Below, piece by piece: positions 8,737 to 14,728 of a stretch of 14,728 nt of DNA. Made by a program: the position numbers and the translations under genes. Position 1 is the first letter of the stretch. Each line of letters opens with the position of its first letter. The stretch covers positions 1 to 14,728 of the forward strand of contig JBBRBK010000050.1 of NCBI GenBank assembly GCA_038205935.1, in the 5' to 3' direction. A model generated the notes under the pieces. It did not search any database and was not told the DNA's origin. It was given only the letters and a program-made list of their open reading frames with translations. This stretch comes from Campylobacterales bacterium. Its GTDB lineage: Bacteria > Campylobacterota > Campylobacteria > Campylobacterales > Sulfurimonadaceae.

Positions 8737-9768
8737 ATGAGTAAATATAATGTTGCTGTTGTTGGAGCAAATGGTGCTGTAGGTGAAGAGATTTTAAGAG
8801 TTTTGGAGGAGATTGATTTTCCTTTGGCAAAACTTGTTCCTCTTGCGAGTAGTAGAAGCCTTGGAAAGAGCGTGGAATTTAACGGCAAAGATATTGCGAT
8901 TAAAGAACTTACTGAAACAGTTTTTGAAGAGGAAAAGATTCAGATAGCACTTTTTAGTGCAGGCGGAAATGTTTCTGCAAAATTTGCTCCTTTTGCTGTA
9001 AAAGCTGGCGCAGTTGTTGTGGATAACACAAGCTACTTTAGAATGGATAAAGATGTTCCTCTTGTCGTTCCTGAAGTTAACCCTGAAGATATTGCACTAT
9101 GGGAAAAAACTGGAGTTATTGCAAACCCTAACTGTTCAACGATTCAAATGGTTCAAGCACTCAAACCTCTTGATGATGCTTATGGACTAAAGCGTGTGGA
9201 TGTTGCGACATATCAAGCAACTTCAGGCGCAGGTAAATCTGCAATGGAAGAGTTGGTAAACCAGATGCAATCATTTTTCGCGTTTAGACTTGATGAAGCG
9301 GAACATACAAAGTTTCCTCACCAGATAGCTCTCAATGTCATTCCTCAGATCGATTCATTTACTGAGAATGGATATACAAAAGAGGAACTCAAAATGATCA
9401 ATGAAACAACAAAGATCATGCATAAAAATATCGCTTTAAGTGCGACTTGTGTTCGTGTACCGACTCTTCGTGGACATGCAGAATCACTTACTTTGACATT
9501 TGAAAATAAAGTTCAAGCAGACGGAGCAAGAGAGATCCTTGCAAAAGCTCCAAATATTATTGTTTTAGATACTCCAAGTGAAAGTATTTATCCTATGCCG
9601 ATTTTGAGTATGGATCAAAACGAGACTTTTGTCGGACGCATAAGAAATGATCTTTTTGATGAAAATATGCTTCACATGTTTATAGTGGCAGATAATCTAA
9701 GAGTTGGCGCGGCAACAAATGCAGTGCGTATAGCCCAAAAATGGGTACAGATGCAAGAGGCAAAATAA
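8737..9768 (+). CDS. asd: Aspartate-semialdehyde dehydrogenase
   Basis: VAVVGANGAVG, ALFSAGG, VVDNTSYFRM, IANPNCST (catalytic Cys), YQATSGAG, TCVRVP, DNLRVGAATNA; GGAGA RBS before ATG 8737. Confidence 0.97.
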   Translation: MSKYNVAVVGANGAVGEEILRVLEEIDFPLAKLVPLASSRSLGKSVEFNGKDIAIKELTETVFEEEKIQIALFSAGGNVSAKFAPFAVKAGAVVVDNTSYFRMDKDVPLVVPEVNPEDIALWEKTGVIANPNCSTIQMVQALKPLDDAYGLKRVDVATYQATSGAGKSAMEELVNQMQSFFAFRLDEAEHTKFPHQIALNVIPQIDSFTENGYTKEELKMINETTKIMHKNIALSATCVRVPTLRGHAESLTLTFENKVQADGAREILAKAPNIIVLDTPSESIYPMPILSMDQNETFVGRIRNDLFDENMLHMFIVADNLRVGAATNAVRIAQKWVQMQEAK

Positions 9769-10286
9769 TGTTGGAAAGAATATTTGAAAGTGGTTTATGG
9801 AGTAGCAGATTTATTATCTTACTCGCGGTAATTTTTGGTCTTGTTGGGGCTGTAGTTCTTTTCGCGGTAGCAAGTTTTGACGTGTATGATACAGCTCAAA
9901 AAGTTTTTTGGACTTACTATAACCATGAACATGTAGAAAGCTTTCATGAAGATGTTGTGGGTGGTATTATCGGTGCGGTTGATCTTTATCTTATTGGCGT
10001 TGTAATGCTCTTATTTTCATTTGGTTTGTATGAACTCTTTATCTCTGATATTGATGTTGCAAAAGATGATGATGATAAAGACAATAAGATACTTGCAATC
10101 CATTCCCTAGACCAACTCAAAGATAAAATTTCAAAAGTTATCGTAATGGTTTTAGTTGTAACATTCTTTCAAAGAGTAGGACATACCGAGTACCACGGGG
10201 CATTAGAGATGTTGTATCTCGCACTTTCAGTGACAGCGATAAGTGTTGGCTTATACTTTTTAAGTAAAGTCGGACATCACGATTAA
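9768..10286 (+). CDS. YqhA/UPF0114 family membrane protein
   Basis: Four hydrophobic segments; VDLYL, FSFGLYELFIS, SLDQLKDKISKVIV. ATG 9768 overlaps the asd stop (TAATG). Confidence 0.85.
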   Translation: MLERIFESGLWSSRFIILLAVIFGLVGAVVLFAVASFDVYDTAQKVFWTYYNHEHVESFHEDVVGGIIGAVDLYLIGVVMLLFSFGLYELFISDIDVAKDDDDKDNKILAIHSLDQLKDKISKVIVMVLVVTFFQRVGHTEYHGALEMLYLALSVTAISVGLYFLSKVGHHD

Positions 10287-10317
10287 AAATTGATCTAATA
10301 AAATTAAGGACATATTT

Positions 10318-11349
10318 ATGAGTAAAATATTTGTAGACGCGTGTTTTGGCAAAGAGACTCCATATACTCCTGTTTGGATGATGAGACAAGCTGGACGTTA
10401 TTTGCCAGAATATATGGAAGTTCGCGCGCAAGCTGGTGACTTTTTAAATCTTTGTCATGATCCAAAAAAAGCATGTGAAGTCACTCTTCAACCTGTTAAT
10501 ATTGTTGGTGTAGATGCGGCGATACTTTTTAGTGATATCTTAGTTATTCCAGATGAGATGGGAATGGATCTTTCTTTTGTCAAAGGTGAGGGCCCGAAAT
10601 TTTCTGATCCCGTGAGAGATGAAGCAGATTTGGACAGGCTCATCGGCGGAGAAGCAGCTGCTTCAAAACTAACTTATGTATATGATACAATCAAGCTTAT
10701 CAAAGAGCAGTTAGCAGAAGATAAAGCGCTTATAGGTTTTACGGGTGCGCCTTGGACGTTAGCGACCTATATGATAGAAGGTGAGGGCACAAAGACCTAC
10801 AATATCTGTAAAAAGATGATGTATTCAAACCCTGAACTTCTTCATAAAATCCTTGCAAAAGTGACTGAAGTTGTGAAGCTTTATATGGAAAAACAGATTC
10901 AAGCTGGTATCGATGTTGTTCAGATATTTGACTCTTGGGCAGCGGCTATTGAGCCTTCAAAATATGATGAATTTTCTTGGAAGTATATGGTCGAGATCGC
11001 TGATTATCTCAAAGGAAAATATCCACATATTCCAATCATCATGTTTCCAAAAGGAGTTCCTGCATTTTTAGATAAAGTGTATGGAAATTTTGATGTTTTT
11101 GGTGTGGACTGGTCAACGCCGATGGCTTACGCAAAAGAGAAACTCGGAGATAAATATGTACTTCAGGGAAATATGGAACCATGCCGTCTTTACTCAAAAG
11201 AGTCAACAACTGAGTGCGTAGAAGCACTTCAAGAGATCATGGGCGGAAAACGTCATATCTTCAATCTTGGTCACGGGATTTTGCCTGATGTACCTGTTGA
11301 AAATGCGAAACACTTTATTAATGAATGTCATAGAGTAAGTGGAAAATAA
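10318..11349 (+). CDS. hemE: Uroporphyrinogen decarboxylase
   Basis: [66 protein letters not shown]. Confidence 0.98.
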   Translation: MSKIFVDACFGKETPYTPVWMMRQAGRYLPEYMEVRAQAGDFLNLCHDPKKACEVTLQPVNIVGVDAAILFSDILVIPDEMGMDLSFVKGEGPKFSDPVRDEADLDRLIGGEAAASKLTYVYDTIKLIKEQLAEDKALIGFTGAPWTLATYMIEGEGTKTYNICKKMMYSNPELLHKILAKVTEVVKLYMEKQIQAGIDVVQIFDSWAAAIEPSKYDEFSWKYMVEIADYLKGKYPHIPIIMFPKGVPAFLDKVYGNFDVFGVDWSTPMAYAKEKLGDKYVLQGNMEPCRLYSKESTTECVEALQEIMGGKRHIFNLGHGILPDVPVENAKHFINECHRVSGK

Positions 11350-12289
11350 AACCATCTTCGGGCCGATCCATTCGAGACGGTTTGGAAACTCTCTTGGCAT
11401 CGATCTCTCGAGCGCGATAAAGCAGTGTAATTTTGACTGTCTTTATTGTGAGCTTTCTCCCTCAGCAACTGTTGATCACCAAGTAGTCGTAACGGATGTT
11501 GGAACGATTATTAAAGATCTGAAATCCGCACTTCTTGAACACCAAAATATCGATGTCATTACACTTACAGCAAATGGAGAACCCACACTTTATCCTTATC
11601 TTGATGAACTCATCGACGAGATTAAAAAGATTAAAGAAGATAAAGAGATTCTTATTTTGACTAACAGCGCAACACTTATCGATGAAAAAGTTTTTAATAC
11701 ACTTTTAAAACTCGATCAAGTCAAACTTTCTCTAGACGCAGTATCCTTGGAAGTATTCAAAAAAATAGACAGACCACATAAAGGTATTGATATAGAGATG
11801 CTTACATGTAAGGTTTTGGAGTTCTCACAAAAGTTTACTGGCAAACTGTATATCGAAGTACTTTTTGTGTATGGCATCAATGATTCCAGAGAAGAGGTCG
11901 AAGCGATCAATGAAGTCTTAAAAAAACTTTCTCATGTAGAACGCATTGATATTGGCACCATAGATCGTCCTCCAGCGTATCCTGTGCAAGGAATAAGTTA
12001 TAGTGAACTCTTTGAGCTTTCAAAGCTTTTTGATCCCTCCTTGCCTATCCATATCTCTTCACGCACACATGCTGAGAGTTGTCAAAGCCATTACGGTGAT
12101 GATGAGATCTTAAATACCCTTGATAAACGTCCTTTAACTTATGCAGATATAGAATTACTCTTTGATGCAGAGAGTCAAAAAAGGCTAAAACTTTTGCTAG
12201 AGAATGGAGATATAGTTATTAATAGAGTCGGAAATCTTGAGTTTCTAGTTTTATCAAAGAATATACAAAGAAAACGCCGTAAATCTTGA
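11339..12289 (+). CDS. Radical SAM protein (COG0731-like, function unknown)
   Basis: [17 protein letters not shown], CxxxCxxC (CNFDCLYC), [36 protein letters not shown] start overlapping the hemE end. Confidence 0.88.
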   Translation: MENKTIFGPIHSRRFGNSLGIDLSSAIKQCNFDCLYCELSPSATVDHQVVVTDVGTIIKDLKSALLEHQNIDVITLTANGEPTLYPYLDELIDEIKKIKEDKEILILTNSATLIDEKVFNTLLKLDQVKLSLDAVSLEVFKKIDRPHKGIDIEMLTCKVLEFSQKFTGKLYIEVLFVYGINDSREEVEAINEVLKKLSHVERIDIGTIDRPPAYPVQGISYSELFELSKLFDPSLPIHISSRTHAESCQSHYGDDEILNTLDKRPLTYADIELLFDAESQKRLKLLLENGDIVINRVGNLEFLVLSKNIQRKRRKS

Positions 12290-12314
12290 CAATTCAGTTT
12301 GATTTGCCTATAAT
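12286..12314 (+). promoter_or_regulatory. Consensus sigma70 promoter of the tRNA operon
   Basis: TTGACA (12286-12291), 17-nt spacer, TATAAT (12309-12314), followed by the GC-rich discriminator TGCGGC. The -35 overlaps the radical SAM stop codon. Confidence 0.9.
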
Positions 12315-12330
12315 TGCGGCTCATAAATAT

Positions 12331-12405
12331 TCCGAATTAGCTCAGCGGTAGAGTAGGTGACTGTTAATCACTTGGCCACTGGTTCGAATCCAGTATTCGG
12401 AGCCA
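12331..12405 (+). tRNA. tRNA-Asn(GTT)
   Basis: Acceptor TCCGAAT/ATTCGGA, anticodon loop CT-GTT-AA (12363-12365), T-loop TTCGAAT, encoded CCA. Confidence 0.96.
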
Positions 12406-12419
12406 CTTTTTGTATTTAT

Positions 12420-12495
12420 GGCCAATTAGCTCAGTCGGTAGAGCAAGTGACTGAAAATCACTGTGTCCTTGGTTCGATTCCGAGATTGGCCACCA
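12420..12495 (+). tRNA. tRNA-Phe(GAA), copy 1
   Basis: Acceptor GGCCAAT/ATTGGCC, anticodon stem AGTGA/TCACT, loop CT-GAA-AA, T-loop TTCGATT, ACCA end. Confidence 0.96.
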
Positions 12496-12525
12496 CCCCA
12501 CTTTTTTAAATCCGTTTTTATAGAT

Positions 12526-12601
12526 GGCTTGTTAGCTCAGTCGGTAGAGCAAGTGACTGAAAATCACTGTGTCCTTGGTTCGATTCCGAGACAAGCCACC
12601 A
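12526..12601 (+). tRNA. tRNA-Phe(GAA), copy 2; probable integration site
   Basis: Acceptor GGCTTGT/ACAAGCC; the remainder is identical to copy 1; ACCA end. The integrase stop lies 84 nt downstream. Confidence 0.96.
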
Positions 12602-12659
12602 CCAAAAGTATCATTTTTTCTTATTTCTTAAACTTCAATTTTTTTTCAAAAAAAGCTAC

Positions 12660-12688
12660 TGTGCCAATTTTGTGCCAAAGTGTGTCTA
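12660..12688. repeat. Tandem direct repeats, candidate integrase arm-type sites
   Basis: TGTGCCAA (12660-12667), TGTGCCAA (12671-12678), TGTGTCTA (12681-12688). Confidence 0.55.
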
Positions 12689-13744
12689 ACGTAAAAATCC
12701 CAAACCATGTGTGAAATCTTTTTGTGGCATATATTGAGCATAAACATCAAGTGTCATTGAACTATCTTTATGCCCAAGCATCTTACTAACCCAAAGTATA
12801 TTTTCACCCTTTGAAATCATAGTACTTGCAAAAGTGTGTCGCATTTGATACATATTTCTATAAGGGATATTTTGCCCTTTTAATATCTTTCTCCAAAAAT
12901 GCGAAGATATATTATCTGTCTTTTTGTAAGGTTCCCCTCGAGTTGTTTCAAACAGATAAACACTCTCTTTTGAAGATATGTTTCTATGATCTAACAGATA
13001 AGGTTCTAATACATCAAGTAAGTCAATATCTCTGATACTTGATTTTGTTTTTGGAGTTGTTTCTCTGCCTTGACGTATGCTTCTTCTGACTTCGATTATT
13101 TTCTTTTCAAAGTTAATGTCAGACCATTTCAAACCTATAATCTCCCCAGTTCTCATACCAGTGAAAAAACCTATCGCAAAAAAAGCTTTTATGATTTCAG
13201 GAGCGTTATCCAAAATTAGATATATCTCTTCAAATGTAAAAGGTTGCTTTACAATGACATCATCACCAGTAGGAACGGCGACAAGTTTTAAAGGATTTTT
13301 TTCTATCAACTCATCTTTATAAGCATCTTCAAGTATAGTCATCAAAATAGTTCTTATTCTTTTAACTGTTCTATAGGCTCTTGTTTCAGATAGTTGATTT
13401 TGCCAGTTTAGTAGCTGTGATCTTTTTAGATCAGTGATATACATTTTTCCAAGTAGGGGAGAAATATGTAAATTATAATCTTCTACATAACTAATATGTG
13501 TCAGTTCTTTTCTTTTACTTTTATGTAATGAAAAGCTTATTTTTGCAAACTCATCTAGTGTATATGTTGTTTCTTTTTCAAAGAACTCACCCATCACCAA
13601 CTGTCTTTGAATCTCGGGGATAATCTGCTTTTGTATGATAGAACGATTTTTTACCGTATCTTCCATTTTTACAGATTTTCTGACTCTTTGACCATTATGT
13701 GAAAAGTCTAAATATAGTGTGTTGTTTCTTGATATGATCTTCAT
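12686..13744 (-). CDS. Tyrosine-type site-specific integrase with N-terminal arm-binding domain
   Basis: TGMRTGEIIGLKW (R), PKTKSSIR (K), YQMRHTFAS, SKMLGH, LDVYAQY (Y); N-terminal LYLDFSHNGQRVRKS. ATG 13744 has AAGGA 5 nt upstream and is preferred over TTG 13783. Confidence 0.93.
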   Translation of the reverse strand: MKIISRNNTLYLDFSHNGQRVRKSVKMEDTVKNRSIIQKQIIPEIQRQLVMGEFFEKETTYTLDEFAKISFSLHKSKRKELTHISYVEDYNLHISPLLGKMYITDLKRSQLLNWQNQLSETRAYRTVKRIRTILMTILEDAYKDELIEKNPLKLVAVPTGDDVIVKQPFTFEEIYLILDNAPEIIKAFFAIGFFTGMRTGEIIGLKWSDINFEKKIIEVRRSIRQGRETTPKTKSSIRDIDLLDVLEPYLLDHRNISSKESVYLFETTRGEPYKKTDNISSHFWRKILKGQNIPYRNMYQMRHTFASTMISKGENILWVSKMLGHKDSSMTLDVYAQYMPQKDFTHGLGFLR

Positions 13745-13791
13745 AGTTATCCTTGCTACAAAAACCAAATAATACGGACTCAAGAAACTAT

Positions 13792-13797
13792 ATTATA
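13792..13797 (-). promoter_or_regulatory. Putative -10 box for int
   Basis: TATAAT on the minus strand, 47 nt upstream of ATG 13744, in the xis-int gap; no clear -35. Confidence 0.35.
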
Positions 13798-13820
13798 AGG
13801 TCTTAATAGTTAAATATATT

Positions 13821-14147
13821 TTATTTTTTTGATAACGATGATAAAACATCATCGATAATCATCTTAGTATCATTCATACTCAGCTTGTTAGAGGGAGTAT
13901 TTACAACCCATTCATCTATTTTTTGTTTATCAAATAACAAGCGATTTTCTTTTTTATAATAATGCTCACTTTCAATAAAAATGACATCCACCATCTTATA
14001 AATTTTGTCTTTTCCAAAGGTGAGATATGCACTTAATTCTTTTACGCTCATCCATCTTTTAGAACTGTTACTTTGCTGTGAAGAAAGATTACTTAACAGT
14101 TCGTATATCTGAGGCAAGAGTTTTAAACTTTCAAATTCAACTGTCAT
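13821..14147 (-). CDS. Excisionase-like winged-HTH DNA-binding protein
   Basis: KRWMSVKELSAYLTFGKDKIYKMV...RLLFDKQKIDEWV fits the Xis/HTH_17 pattern; immediately upstream of int; ATGA overlap with the upstream gene's stop. Confidence 0.72.
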   Translation of the reverse strand: MTVEFESLKLLPQIYELLSNLSSQQSNSSKRWMSVKELSAYLTFGKDKIYKMVDVIFIESEHYYKKENRLLFDKQKIDEWVVNTPSNKLSMNDTKMIIDDVLSSLSKK

Positions 14148-14588
14148 GCTGACCTACCTAGCGCACTTTCGTTTGTTTGCGAACAATTTTTCAAATTATT
14201 CCCCATAAGGTAGACGTTGAAACTATCATTACGGGCATAAACTGTGTCGCCGAACTCATCCATAATCTCCACAATTTTATTGGTATCAAGCGTCACATAG
14301 ATTTTAAAGTGATCTTCGTGTAAAAGTTTTGTAAGAGCAAATAATGAATATCTGCTATGAAGTAATCTATATATGTTAAGAGGTGCAAGTGTTTTTGAGC
14401 TATTAAAACGCACTACTCTATGTTTGGAGTACCAAGCGTTCATATATCTGTCTTTTTCAGTAATCTTTTTATTTTTTGAAAGAGGTAATGTCTTATTGAT
14501 ATACTTCATAATGTACGAGGTGCTGTTGTGTATCTCATCTTGAATATCATTGGCTTTCTCATCAAATAATCTTTTAAACGCATCTTTG
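14144..14588 (-). pseudogene. C-terminal fragment of a putative rolling-circle replication endonuclease (gpA-like), interrupted by an IS
   Basis: TSYIMKYINKT (YxxxY; Tyr codons at 14515-14513 and 14503-14501) followed by AWYSKHRVVRFNSS...PLNIYR, resembling P2 gpA GYIAKYISK...AW...RI.QF...P...YRELR. No HUH motif is visible; sequence upstream of 14588 looks like an IS end. Confidence 0.65.
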
Positions 14589-14728
14589 TGCGTATAGCGT
14601 TCAAACGGGCCACCAAACGCGCTGAACATCCGGCCACCGTAAAAGAGATATTTTCTATGGAGCCATTTTATCATAAAGTGGCCGGATGCTGTTTTTAATA
14701 CTCTAAATTTTTTGAAATAGCGTGAGCT
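14589..14728. mobile_element. Terminus of a probable IS21-family insertion sequence
   Basis: Starts TGCGTAT; GGCCACC repeats at 14608-14614 and 14632-14638 (24-bp period); inverted copy GTGGCCGGATG at 14678-14688; GC-rich patch in an AT-rich context. istA/istB are not identifiable in the window. Confidence 0.65.

Larger units (their letters stand above)
12602..14728. mobile_element. End of a tRNA-Phe-targeting integrative element (int-xis-rep module), continues beyond window
   Basis: Switch of coding strand immediately after the tRNA; integrase converging on the tRNA; Xis-like and Rep-like genes; visibly AT-richer sequence (not computed). The second att copy is not in the window. Confidence 0.8.

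Noticed and set aside
11339..12601. TYW1/COG0731-like radical SAM gene next to tRNA-Phe genes, suggesting bacterial wyosine synthesis
   Set aside because: Wyosine needs G37, and both tRNA-Phe genes have A37 (CT-GAA-AA). The tRNAs have their own promoter, and the gene is coupled to hemE instead.
12598..12604. Encoded ACCACCA after tRNA-Phe copy 2 (resembles the CCACCA degradation tag)
   Set aside because: The tag is added enzymatically to unstable tRNAs. Here the acceptor stem is perfect, and a 3-nt trailer match is easily chance.
12463..12714. 83-aa ORF from the track
   Set aside because: It overlaps two tRNA genes and is spurious.
13778..13789. ACTCAAGAAACT upstream of int matches the reverse complement of 632-643
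   Set aside because: A 12-nt AT-rich match with no extended similarity.

Overview
AT-rich window from a Campylobacterota (epsilonproteobacterial, Sulfurimonas/Sulfuricurvum-like) chromosome; the taxon is inferred from gene order and protein motifs. Bases 1-12.6 kb are core genome: amrA (runs off the left edge, missed by the ORF track), a highly structured ~190-nt intergenic element, amtB-P-II (minus strand), selO, gyrA, flgP-flgQ-flgR (with a palindromic sigma54-type promoter), asd, yqhA, hemE, a radical SAM gene and a tRNA-Asn/Phe/Phe operon with a perfect sigma70 promoter. From ~12.6 kb to the right edge lies one end of an integrative element at the second tRNA-Phe: tandem arm-type-like repeats, a tyrosine integrase, an excisionase-like HTH protein and the C-terminal part of an apparent rolling-circle (gpA-like, YxxxY) replication endonuclease. 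That gene appears to be cut at 14588/14589 by the terminus of an IS21-family insertion sequence, so the 176-aa ORF in the track is probably a chimera. All family assignments come from motif recognition by eye; no database search was run.
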